A stretch of 57,405 bases of DNA, from positions 1-57,405 of the forward strand of contig JACRFH010000010.1 in NCBI GenBank assembly GCA_016217975.1, written 5' to 3'. Position numbers and translations under genes: made by a program. Below, piece by piece: positions 26,688 to 35,677 of the stretch. A model generated the notes under the pieces. It searched no databases. It saw nothing but the letters and a program-made list of their open reading frames with translations, and had not been told where the DNA came from. Position 1 is the stretch's first letter. Each line of letters opens with the position of its first letter. The DNA comes from Candidatus Kaiserbacteria bacterium. Lineage in GTDB: Bacteria; Patescibacteriota; Minisyncoccia; Phycocordibacterales; UBA2100.

Positions 26688-27158
26688 ATGGACGAGCGCA
26701 AGAAGTGGAGCCAACGCGAGGAAGATGTAAAGCTTGTCACGAAACCGTGGGGCAATGGAAAAATCGGCGGAGTTTCGGGCGTTGGTGAATTGTGGCTCAA
26801 TTATGTACGTGGCGAGAATGTGGGCGATGAAGAAAAACGATATGTTTTCAAAAAGCTCTATATCAAAAAAGGCACGAAGACGAGTTTTCAGTATCATGTG
26901 AACAAACTCGAGACCAATCACCTTATCTCTGGCTCGGCAGAGGCATGGCAAGAGAACGAAAAAGGGGGGATGGAGAAAAGTATTTTTATGGCGGGAGATT
27001 CTTGGACAATTCCGTGCGGGAGGAAACATCGCCTCATTGCGCTCGAAGATATGGTCATGCTCGAAGCCTCGACGCCGGAGGTAGACGATGTGATCCGCAT
27101 TGCCGATGATACCGGCCGGCCCGATGGCAGAATTGAACGAGAGCATCAGGAGAAATGA
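26688..27158 (+). CDS. cupin, type II phosphomannose-isomerase-like
   Basis: KPWGNG...FKKLYIKKGTKTSFQYHVNKLETNHLISG...GDSWTIPCGRKHRL follows the PMI-type cupin pattern. Confidence 0.6.
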   Translation: MDERKKWSQREEDVKLVTKPWGNGKIGGVSGVGELWLNYVRGENVGDEEKRYVFKKLYIKKGTKTSFQYHVNKLETNHLISGSAEAWQENEKGGMEKSIFMAGDSWTIPCGRKHRLIALEDMVMLEASTPEVDDVIRIADDTGRPDGRIEREHQEK

Positions 27159-27162
27159 CTTT

Positions 27163-28074
27163 ATGCGCGTGAAATCTGACCAAAAGAAGTCACAACGTCG
27201 GGCCTTTGCGAGGATTGGATTGAATGATGAAGCAATGCAGGTGATCGAGCGTGCGGCGCGTCTTGGCGCACGCCAGGTAATGGCAATATCGAAGACCCCG
27301 GGAAAATTCAAGGCGCGATTGAAGCCGGATCAGACTCCCGTCACTATTGCCGATATCAGCTCGCAGAAGGTAATCATGCGCGTGCTCGGCACATTGTTTT
27401 CGAAGGACAAGATATGTGCCGAAGAAAGTGAGGACATCGGGAAACAAGACAAAGAAGCAGCGGGCGTGATGCTCTATGTTGATCCACTTGACGGCACCGC
27501 GAGTTTCATCCGAGGACAGGATGTCGCGACGGTGGGAATCTGCATGTACGAGAATTCTGTGCCGCAGCGCGCTGCGATCTGCCGACCCTTCCAAAAGCAG
27601 CTCATCGTCGCGCAAAAAGGAAAAGGAGCCTTCCTATTTCTTCTCAACGAACGCCTGGATATCATTGGACGGCCGGAAAAGCTTCAGATTCTGGAGAGAA
27701 AAGATTTGAGTGGGGGCATGCTGTATTGGGACAGCCCGCTTACGGCGCGAAGCACGCCGCCATTTCAGGATTTTGTGAGCAAAATAATGCGATCAGTACC
27801 AAAACTTGGGGTACGATCAATAGGTTCAAATATCGCCAATCAAGCCGCGGTAGCGCTCGGCCAGGGAGATGTCGGCCTCACGCTTGCAGTAGGCGGATTT
27901 TATGACATCGCGGTGGGCGGATTTGTTATCGAAGAAGCCGGAGGTATCATGGTGGGTACGGATGGTAAACCAGTGACTCCAAAAACCAAGGCGGCGCTGT
28001 ACGGCAACAAAGATGCTGTTGGGCAGTTGCTGCCACTGTTCAAGAAGTCTTTCAAGGATTATAAGGGTTTTTAA
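27163..28074 (+). CDS. inositol-monophosphatase-family phosphatase, paralog 1
   Basis: EES...YVDPLDGTASFIRG metal-binding motif. I chose the start at the first ATG after the upstream stop. Confidence 0.7.
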   Translation: MRVKSDQKKSQRRAFARIGLNDEAMQVIERAARLGARQVMAISKTPGKFKARLKPDQTPVTIADISSQKVIMRVLGTLFSKDKICAEESEDIGKQDKEAAGVMLYVDPLDGTASFIRGQDVATVGICMYENSVPQRAAICRPFQKQLIVAQKGKGAFLFLLNERLDIIGRPEKLQILERKDLSGGMLYWDSPLTARSTPPFQDFVSKIMRSVPKLGVRSIGSNIANQAAVALGQGDVGLTLAVGGFYDIAVGGFVIEEAGGIMVGTDGKPVTPKTKAALYGNKDAVGQLLPLFKKSFKDYKGF

Positions 28075-29006
28075 TGAATCTCGATGCTATGACGGAGACC
28101 TTGCAACAAAAAGAACCATCGCTTGTTGAGCGATTCAGAGAAATTGGATTGGCTGATCAATTCATGTTAGCCGCACAAGGTGCCGCGAGACTCGGTGCCC
28201 GCGAGCTGATGAAATTTCATGGAGCTAGTCCAGAGAAATTACAGACTGAATTCAAAGTCGGGGATATGACTCCTGTGACGGCCGCTGACCTTGCGTCAGA
28301 AGAGAGAATTTTGGCAATAATCACTAGCCGCTTGTTTTCACCCGATCAGGTACATGCGGAAGAATCAGGGAAGCGCGGCCAGGAAGAACAGACGATGATG
28401 TGGTTTGTGGATCCGCTCGACGGAACTCGTAGTTTTACCCGCGAACAGACGGCTTCAACGGTGGGCGTCTGCATGTATGAGAATAGCGAGGGGCATACTG
28501 CGGCAATCTGCCGGCCGTTCCAAAGAGAATTGCTCGCGGCAGGTAAAGGGAAAGGTGCGTTCGTGTTTCCACTGGATGACAACCAAAAGATTATCGGGCC
28601 GGCAAAAAGAATCCACGTTTCCGATACTAAATCACTATCTGGAGGCATATTTTATTGGGATGGTGTAGGAACTGGTAAAAGCTCTGGTCCGACTCTTAAG
28701 TTATTTGAAAAAATAATCGCGAAAACCGGAAAGACCGACTTTCGGGCGCTCGGAACAAACATAGGTGAACAGGCGGAGATCGCGCTCGGACACGGCGATC
28801 TGAAGTTGACGACGGGCGTTGGTGGTCCTTATGACATCCTTGTGGGGCGTTTGATAATCGAAGAAGCGGGCGGTACGTGCATTGATGAAAAAGGACTCCC
28901 GCCTAATCCGGACTCAAAAGCAGTCCTCTATGGAAATCCGAAGCTCGTGGAGGAGTACAAAGATATGTTTCTAGAATGCTTCAAGGATTATCAAGGGTTT
29001 GCATAG
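28074..29006 (+). CDS. inositol-monophosphatase-family phosphatase, paralog 2
   Basis: EESG...FVDPLDGTRSFTRE. Collinear similarity to paralog 1 along the whole length, ending FKDYQGF versus FKDYKGF. Confidence 0.7.
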   Translation: MNLDAMTETLQQKEPSLVERFREIGLADQFMLAAQGAARLGARELMKFHGASPEKLQTEFKVGDMTPVTAADLASEERILAIITSRLFSPDQVHAEESGKRGQEEQTMMWFVDPLDGTRSFTREQTASTVGVCMYENSEGHTAAICRPFQRELLAAGKGKGAFVFPLDDNQKIIGPAKRIHVSDTKSLSGGIFYWDGVGTGKSSGPTLKLFEKIIAKTGKTDFRALGTNIGEQAEIALGHGDLKLTTGVGGPYDILVGRLIIEEAGGTCIDEKGLPPNPDSKAVLYGNPKLVEEYKDMFLECFKDYQGFA

Positions 29007-29009
29007 ACT

Positions 29010-29732
29010 ATGATTAACTACAAAGTATTGCTGCCGACATCAGGCACCGGCTCGCGCCTGAAAGAAATCACGAAAAATACCAACAAGGCTCTCGTGCCGA
29101 TCGCAGGAAAGCCGGCGATTAGTTATATTCTTGCGTCGTATCCAAAAGACGTGCCGATCGTCGTGACGCTCGGATATCTCGGGCAAAGCGTCAAAGATTA
29201 TTTAAAAAAAGAATATCCTGACCGCGTTTTTGAATTTGTGTGGATAGACACATTCGAGGGGCCCGGTTCGAGCCTCGGCTATTCAATGCTTAAGGCGAAA
29301 GATAATTTGCAGTGCCCTTTTATCTTTCATGCATGCGATGGCATCTTCGTCGAGCCGATTCCTGCACCGGGATTCAATTGGATCGGGGGATTTGTGGACG
29401 ATTGGACAACGACGAAGCTTCCCCTAGAGCAATATCGCACGCACACAATGAAAGACGGCGTGATTCAAAAATTGAATGACCGGGGGATTCCGGGATTCGA
29501 TTCGGTGCACGTTGGACTCGACGGCATCTATGACTACCAAATCTATTGGGATACCTTGCAGGCGATATATGACAAAGATCCGAATGACGCGCAAGTCTCG
29601 GACGTTCCAATTCTTGATTCGATGATCAAAAAAGGAGTTTCATTCAGGTGGATTCCATATAAAGTCTGGCTCGACACTGGTAATATCCCCGCCCTTACAG
29701 AGACGGAGAAGTTTCTTTCCCGTCGAGATTGA
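29010..29732 (+). CDS. sugar-1-phosphate nucleotidyltransferase (HddC-like by context)
   Basis: LLPTSGTGSRLKEITKNTNKALVPIAGKP signature. Adjacent to gmhB/hddA/gmhA. Confidence 0.65.
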   Translation: MINYKVLLPTSGTGSRLKEITKNTNKALVPIAGKPAISYILASYPKDVPIVVTLGYLGQSVKDYLKKEYPDRVFEFVWIDTFEGPGSSLGYSMLKAKDNLQCPFIFHACDGIFVEPIPAPGFNWIGGFVDDWTTTKLPLEQYRTHTMKDGVIQKLNDRGIPGFDSVHVGLDGIYDYQIYWDTLQAIYDKDPNDAQVSDVPILDSMIKKGVSFRWIPYKVWLDTGNIPALTETEKFLSRRD

Positions 29733-29746
29733 TATATACATAGAAC

Positions 29747-30250
29747 ATGGAAAAGAAACGCAAGGCACTCTTTATCGACCGCGATGGGGTTATCAACCGA
29801 AGTGCCTTGCCGCATGAATACGTGACTCGTGTCGAAGATTTCGAGATCTTGCCGGGAACATTTGAGGCATTACGGCAACTTGCCGAGGCAGGCTACGATC
29901 TTTACGTTATTACTAATCAAGCCGGAATCGGACGTGGGCAGACGACGTGGGACGAGGTGAACACCCTTCACAAATATATGCAGAGTGAGTTTGAGCGAGA
30001 AGGAATCACGCTGCAAGCAATCTATGTATGCCCTCATAAGAACGAAGATAATTGCAATTGTCGGAAGCCAAAGCCGGGGCTGCTTTTGCAGGCGATTCGC
30101 GAGCACAATATCGATCCATCTCAAGCAATATTCGTCGGTGACAGAGAGACTGATATGGAAGCGGCCCGCGGAGCTGGAGTACGAGGCGTTCTTATTCCAA
30201 GCGAAGTGGGAATGAGCGCCGCACTTCCAGAGCTACTCAAGTTGATCTGA
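29747..30250 (+). CDS. gmhB: D-glycero-D-manno-heptose 1,7-bisphosphate phosphatase (HAD-IIIA)
   Basis: ALFIDRDGVIN (DxD nucleophile), CPHKNEDNCNCRKPKPGLL (Zn-binding Cys cluster plus RKP) and FVGDRETDMEAA. Confidence 0.8.
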   Translation: MEKKRKALFIDRDGVINRSALPHEYVTRVEDFEILPGTFEALRQLAEAGYDLYVITNQAGIGRGQTTWDEVNTLHKYMQSEFEREGITLQAIYVCPHKNEDNCNCRKPKPGLLLQAIREHNIDPSQAIFVGDRETDMEAARGAGVRGVLIPSEVGMSAALPELLKLI

Positions 30251-30294
30251 TATAGTTGTTTAAGACAACATTTTCGGGTATAAATCAAGGGCTT

Positions 30295-31311
30295 ATGATC
30301 CTCGTGAGAGCCCCGTTGCGCATTAGCTTTGTCGGTGGCGGGACCGATATTCCGGCCTTTTATCGCACCTATCCTGGTCGCGTGGTCTCTACCACGATCG
30401 ACAAATACGTCTATCTCGTGATCAATCCTACCCCTCTCATCGACAAAGTCTCTGCCCGCTACTCACAATCAGAAACCGTTACGCACCCTTCTAAATTGCA
30501 GCATACGCGAATCAAGGCCATGCTCATGGATCTCGGGATTACCAACAACATTGAGATCGGTTCATTCGCATCGCTTCCGGCCAAGACAGGACTTGGCTCG
30601 TCTTCGAGCTTCTCGGTGGCTCTTGCAAAGGGCCTGCACGCTCACAAAGGAAAACGCTTGAGTCCGCGCGAGGCTGCCGAGGCGGCCTCGCGTCTTGAGA
30701 TCGAACTTCTGAAAGAGCCGATCGGCAAGCAAGATCAGTATGCGGCAGCGCATGGCGGGATCAACCTATTCCAATTCAATGCTGATGGCTCGGTGATTGT
30801 AGAACCGCTGCTTCTCGATTTTAAGAAGCGCGCTGAATTCGAAAAGAGTCTCATCCTTTTCTATACAGGACTCACGCGCAATGCGAGCGATGTACTCAAG
30901 GACCAGAAAAAGCAGATCGGGAAGAAGCGTGAGATGTACAAAACGCTTTCTGATTCTGCGCTTGAATTCCGGGACAAATTGCTCGCGGGTGATATCAAAG
31001 GGTTGGGCGAGATGCTCCATGAAACGTGGAGGCACAAAAAACAGTTGAGTACCAAGGTTTCAAATACGACACTCAATTCACTCTATGATGCTGGTATCAA
31101 AGCTGGCGCATGGGGAGGCAAAGTCTTGGGTGCCGGCGGCGGCGGGTGTCTGCTCTTTGTGGCGTCGCCTAAAAAGCATAGTGATATCAGGCGCAGGGTG
31201 CGTGCTGCCGCGCGAAAGGCAAAACTCGCGGATTTTCAGGAAATACCGTTTTCATTTGTTGATTCAGGCACCGATGTACTTTTTAACAACGACTCACATG
31301 TACGCGTATGA
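30295..31311 (+). CDS. hddA: GHMP kinase, D-glycero-alpha-D-manno-heptose 7-phosphate kinase-like
   Basis: RAPLRISFVGGGTDIP, PAKTGLGSSSSFSVAL (GHMP motif II) and GGKVLGAGGGGCLLF (motif III). I prefer the ATG at 30295 over the TTG at 30256. Confidence 0.75.
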   Translation: MILVRAPLRISFVGGGTDIPAFYRTYPGRVVSTTIDKYVYLVINPTPLIDKVSARYSQSETVTHPSKLQHTRIKAMLMDLGITNNIEIGSFASLPAKTGLGSSSSFSVALAKGLHAHKGKRLSPREAAEAASRLEIELLKEPIGKQDQYAAAHGGINLFQFNADGSVIVEPLLLDFKKRAEFEKSLILFYTGLTRNASDVLKDQKKQIGKKREMYKTLSDSALEFRDKLLAGDIKGLGEMLHETWRHKKQLSTKVSNTTLNSLYDAGIKAGAWGGKVLGAGGGGCLLFVASPKKHSDIRRRVRAAARKAKLADFQEIPFSFVDSGTDVLFNNDSHVRV

Positions 31312-31943
31312 GAGACTACATCGACAAACACATGCGGGAGCTCACGGTGGCACTTGAACATGTCCCTGCAGACGAGATAGCAAAAGCAATCCGAACGATT
31401 CAGCGCACGTTTGAGCGCGATGGCCGAATTTATATTTTTGGCAACGGCGGTTCTCTTTCACTTGCTACCCACTGGGTGAGTGATTTCAATAAGACTGTTT
31501 TCAGTCATAATCTCAAAAAACACGTCAAGCGTTTCCAGGCAATACGACTTCCGAGCACTGAGGAAGAATATTCTGCGTGGGCCAACGACGAGGGCCACGA
31601 CATGGTGTTCTTGGGGCCGCTACAGAATTATCTGCAGGATACGGATTGCGTGATTGCAATCTCAAGCTCGGGTAATTCGACCAACATAGTGAAGGCGATT
31701 TCGTATGCGAAGAAGCGACATGTGCCGGTAATCGGTCTTTCTGGTTTCGACGGAGGCAAGCTCAACAAACTGGCAGATGTAAAAATACTTGTTGACACAG
31801 AAAAGGGAAGATACGATCTTGTGGAGAGTGCTCATGCGGCAATCCTTCATCTCATCACGAAATACTTCCAGGATTCGTTTGAGCACGCACTACAATATGC
31901 AAAGAAGCCCCGTAAAATCGCTTCGCTCACACGGGGCAAGTAA
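31308..31943 (+). CDS. gmhA: phosphoheptose isomerase (SIS domain)
   Basis: IYIFGNGGSLSLATHWVSDF and ISSSGNSTNIVKA. ATGA overlap with hddA. Confidence 0.8.
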   Translation: MRDYIDKHMRELTVALEHVPADEIAKAIRTIQRTFERDGRIYIFGNGGSLSLATHWVSDFNKTVFSHNLKKHVKRFQAIRLPSTEEEYSAWANDEGHDMVFLGPLQNYLQDTDCVIAISSSGNSTNIVKAISYAKKRHVPVIGLSGFDGGKLNKLADVKILVDTEKGRYDLVESAHAAILHLITKYFQDSFEHALQYAKKPRKIASLTRGK

Positions 31944-31950
31944 ATAACAT

Positions 31951-33057
31951 ATGAAAGAATTAGTATTAGTAACAGGTGGAGCAGGGTTTATCGGCGGACA
32001 TTTGGTGGATGCACTGATAGCACGTGGGTATCGCGTACGGGTCTTGGACAATCTCTCACCAGCTACTCACGACGGAAAGCTCCCGAAGTGGTTCAACAAA
32101 AAGGCGCAGTTTCAGAAAGGTGATGTGCGCCTCAAGAAGGATTGGGAAAAGGCGCTCAAGGGAGTGTCGTATATATTTCATATCGCGGGATACATGGATT
32201 ATCGTCCTGATTTCAGCACGTACATCACGACCAATACCATGAGTACGGCACTCATGTATGAAGTCATCCTTGAGAAGAAATTATTGGTCAAGAAAATACT
32301 TCTTGCATCATCGCAGTCGGTCTATGGAGAAGGGAAGTACAAGTGCCCCACGCACGGCGAGCAATATTCTGCCCCGCGGGATCCGGAGCGACTCAAGAAA
32401 AAAGATTGGGACGTGTACTGTAAGTGTGGCAAACGCATGACGCCGATTGCGGAACTGGAAGGCGACGAGCTCTTTCCGATCAATCCGTATGGCGTCTCCA
32501 AGCGGGGACTCGAAGAGATTGCGCTTACGCTCGGGCGCGAATACTCCATTCCCACGGTCGCTTTTCGCTATGCAATAGTGCATGGTGCGCGGCAATCGTT
32601 CCGCAATTTTTATTCAGGCGCTCTGCGATCATTTGTCGTGCAGGCGCTTGCGGGCATTCCGATGAGCATTCACGAAGATGGCAATCAAATGCGGGATTTT
32701 GTGCACATTGATGACGTCGTTTCTGCACACATGAAAGCACTTGAGAGCTCGAAAGCCGACTACAATATTTTCAACATTGGAAGCGGAAGGCGCGACACCG
32801 TGCTCGATCTCGCACATGCGGTGGCAAAAGAAACAAGATCAAAGTCAAAGCCCGGCATCACAGGCATGTATCGCACTTACACCTCTCGCAATTCGATAAT
32901 GGATGTCTCGAAATTGAAGAAAATTGGCTGGAAGCCAAGGCGCACGCTCACAGACAACGTGCGCGACTACGTCGCGTGGGTGGGCAAGTATCCGGAAGCT
33001 CTCGCGCACCTGCGCCGTATCCAGAAGGATCTAGCCAAGAATCGTGTGGTGAGATAA
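31951..33057 (+). CDS. NAD-dependent epimerase/dehydratase with a Cys/His-containing insertion
   Basis: LVTGGAGFIGGHLVDALIARGYRVRVLDN and NPYGVSK (YxxxK). The insertion KCPTHGEQ...YCKCGKR lies between SSQSVYG and the YxxxK. Confidence 0.8.
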   Translation: MKELVLVTGGAGFIGGHLVDALIARGYRVRVLDNLSPATHDGKLPKWFNKKAQFQKGDVRLKKDWEKALKGVSYIFHIAGYMDYRPDFSTYITTNTMSTALMYEVILEKKLLVKKILLASSQSVYGEGKYKCPTHGEQYSAPRDPERLKKKDWDVYCKCGKRMTPIAELEGDELFPINPYGVSKRGLEEIALTLGREYSIPTVAFRYAIVHGARQSFRNFYSGALRSFVVQALAGIPMSIHEDGNQMRDFVHIDDVVSAHMKALESSKADYNIFNIGSGRRDTVLDLAHAVAKETRSKSKPGITGMYRTYTSRNSIMDVSKLKKIGWKPRRTLTDNVRDYVAWVGKYPEALAHLRRIQKDLAKNRVVR

Positions 33058-33114
33058 GGTCTCGTCGGTCTAATTTTCTTCTGTTTGCGGCAAGGCCGGG
33101 CATTGCCGCGACAC

Positions 33115-33189
33115 TCAAATTTTCTCGATGATGAGTCCGGGGACGCGCTTGAAGTCACGGACATTGCGAGTTGCAAGCGCTGTATTGAG
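33115..33189 (-). pseudogene. remnant of a PIN-domain VapC toxin (last 24 codons only)
   Basis: The minus strand reads LNTALATRNVRDFKRVPGLIIEKI*, the typical VapC C-terminus. An in-frame stop lies a few codons upstream, so no full gene exists. Confidence 0.5.
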
Positions 33190-33250
33190 GGGGCGATTTT
33201 CCACAGGGACGTCTTGTGATGTTCTTCATGAATGTGACAATGGCGGGCAT

Positions 33251-35665
33251 ATGCGTCGCGCCCTAGGATTAGGCTTACGCTTCCTCCCATTCCTAATCTT
33301 CGCGATAATCGCGACATTTCTTTTTGCGCATTCTGCTTTTGCCGAATCACGCATTGCCGAGCAAGTGATAGCGACAACGACCGTGGATCAAGAAGCATTC
33401 GGCTTGAATAATTATCCTGCGCAATCGTTTACGGCGACCTCGACCGGAATTGTGCAATCAATCGCCGTCGCAGACAACGGATGCGGTGTCGTGATAAGCG
33501 ATGGCGCGTTCTCGTTCTCGAATTTCCCTACCAGAACGAGCATTAACGGAGGGAGTCGGTATACCGGAGCCTCGTTTTCCGTGAGTGCGGGAGGATTGTA
33601 TTACCTCACGACAGGCTGCAACAACAATCCAGGCAATTTTGGCGGCTCTACGAGCGATTTGTATGCGGGAGGCGAGGCGGGGCACATGAAGCAGCCGGGA
33701 GTATTCCAGACGCAGTTTGTGAGTAACGCCACCGCCGGGAATAGGCTTCTGGATTGGGCATTTACGGTCTGCACATCTTCAGATTGCACGCTTGCAGGGC
33801 CGCAGATAGATGCGACGACGACCGCTCCGGTCATCATCATTCCTGGGATCCTTGGATCAGCGCCACACAATGGCGTGTGGCTCATTGATCCTATCACCCA
33901 TGCATATGACAATCTGATAGATACGTTGATCGGGAATGGATTCGAAAATGATAAAACACTTTTCACTTTCCCGTACGACTGGCACAAATCCAATATTGAT
34001 ACTGCAGTATTACTCAAGGCAAAGATCGATGAGGTCAAAGCTGTTTGCAACTGCGCACAAGTGGACATCGTCGCGCATTCCATGGGTGGGCTCGTCGCCC
34101 GCCAGTACATCCAATCCGATTATTATGGCCACGACGTCCGCAAACTCATCTTTCTCGGCACTCCGCAACTTGGTGCGCCAAAAGCATATCTCATGTGGGA
34201 GGGAGGAGAAAATGATACTGATAAAGCGGACCAGAGACTCAAAGCATTTCTTCGAATCGAAGCTATTAAACACGGTTATACAAATCTTTTTGACTATATA
34301 AGAGCTAGGCCAATACCATCGGTCCAAGAACTTCTTCCCGTCTATGGATATATAAAGCACCTCGGCTCACCCGATATACCTACGTATCCAAACACTGCCT
34401 GGTATCCGAGCAATACATTTTTGGAGAATCTGGATAACAACATAAGCAATCTATATAGTGCGGGTGTGGATATTACAAATTTCGTTGGAGATTTGACCAA
34501 TAGCACGACGATCACAACGCTCCGCGTTGTTCCTCCATCAACGATAAGCTCAACTGCCATTTGGGGCTACGGATTTCCAGAGAACTTTGGGAACTCATCA
34601 ACGGATCAGGGACTAGAACGAGGAGTGGGTGATGGAACTGTTCCTCTATCTTCCGCAAGCTTCGTACCTAATCATTTGCTAGTCTTTAATTCTGAGCACA
34701 CGGAGCTAGTTACGAATGCACAAGGAAGTGTGTTTAAAGTGCTCACAGACAAAGACCCCGTCTCGCTTGTGACAGATCAGAGCGGGCTGGACGTAAAGAT
34801 GCTCATCATTCAAATTCTCTCCCCCGCAGACATCAAGATTATTGCTCCCGATGGCAAAGAAATCGGTAAAGATTTCGCCACGGGGCAAGAGATTACGGCT
34901 AATAAGATTCCCGATGCCTTCTATTCTGGATTTGGGACTGATGATGAATATGTAACTATTCCTAGTCCACTCGATGGCGAGTACAAGGTCGTGACGCAAG
35001 GCACGGGAGGCGGAGGCACGTATACCATTGCAACAGGTGTGATTGCGGATGCCACATCGAGCACGACGTTTTTTACCGGGCAGACCGCTCCCGGCCAGAT
35101 AATTGAGCAGGACGTGCATATCGATGCTTCTAGCCCAAGTGATACGACGATCACTCCCGCCGATGTCACTCCACCTACTATCACGATCATTCAGCCGGCT
35201 ACCACCACATTCACGCACGGGAGCCTTATGCCAGTAAAAGTGGCATTTAGCGACGCCACCGGTGTCGCCACGAGCAGCGTTTCATTTAACGGCAAGCCCA
35301 TCACGGCGAGCACCACGATTGACCTTTTCTTTGAGCTCGCGGGGAATGGCTCACTCGTGGCATATGCGAGAGATTTTGTGAATAATGCGACGAGCTCGGC
35401 GAGAGTCATTCAGGTAATCGCCACGTTTACGAGCACTCGGAACGATATCAATCGCGAAAACACGCTCGGCTGGATATCAAAAAGCCTCAAGAGTCAGTTG
35501 ACGGGAGATCTAATCAAAGCTTCAACCGCACGGAAAAGCGGTGATAGAATAAAGTATCTGAATGCGATGCAAAAAGACCTCAATACTGCCAAAAGCGGCG
35601 GGAAGATTACTCTACTTGGTTATCAAATATTAACAGCGGATGTTAACTGGTTGCTTAATCACTAG
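33251..35665 (+). CDS. secreted LCAT/PGAP1-like alpha/beta-hydrolase (lipase/acyltransferase) with C-terminal Ig-like domains
   Basis: Internal ATG at 33251 gives MRRALGLGLRFLPFLIFAIIATFLFAHSAFA (signal peptide). FPYDWHKS and VDIVAHSMGGLVARQY (GxSxG) match the LCAT-type lipase fold. Thr/Ser-rich beta-domains follow. Confidence 0.65.
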   Translation: MRRALGLGLRFLPFLIFAIIATFLFAHSAFAESRIAEQVIATTTVDQEAFGLNNYPAQSFTATSTGIVQSIAVADNGCGVVISDGAFSFSNFPTRTSINGGSRYTGASFSVSAGGLYYLTTGCNNNPGNFGGSTSDLYAGGEAGHMKQPGVFQTQFVSNATAGNRLLDWAFTVCTSSDCTLAGPQIDATTTAPVIIIPGILGSAPHNGVWLIDPITHAYDNLIDTLIGNGFENDKTLFTFPYDWHKSNIDTAVLLKAKIDEVKAVCNCAQVDIVAHSMGGLVARQYIQSDYYGHDVRKLIFLGTPQLGAPKAYLMWEGGENDTDKADQRLKAFLRIEAIKHGYTNLFDYIRARPIPSVQELLPVYGYIKHLGSPDIPTYPNTAWYPSNTFLENLDNNISNLYSAGVDITNFVGDLTNSTTITTLRVVPPSTISSTAIWGYGFPENFGNSSTDQGLERGVGDGTVPLSSASFVPNHLLVFNSEHTELVTNAQGSVFKVLTDKDPVSLVTDQSGLDVKMLIIQILSPADIKIIAPDGKEIGKDFATGQEITANKIPDAFYSGFGTDDEYVTIPSPLDGEYKVVTQGTGGGGTYTIATGVIADATSSTTFFTGQTAPGQIIEQDVHIDASSPSDTTITPADVTPPTITIIQPATTTFTHGSLMPVKVAFSDATGVATSSVSFNGKPITASTTIDLFFELAGNGSLVAYARDFVNNATSSARVIQVIATFTSTRNDINRENTLGWISKSLKSQLTGDLIKASTARKSGDRIKYLNAMQKDLNTAKSGGKITLLGYQILTADVNWLLNH

Positions 35666-35677
35666 ATATAACGATAT

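Noticed and set aside
33128-33250. N-terminal extension of the lipase ORF (845-aa version)
   Set aside because: The extension is the antisense of the VapC remnant. The ATG at 33251 is followed immediately by a canonical signal peptide.
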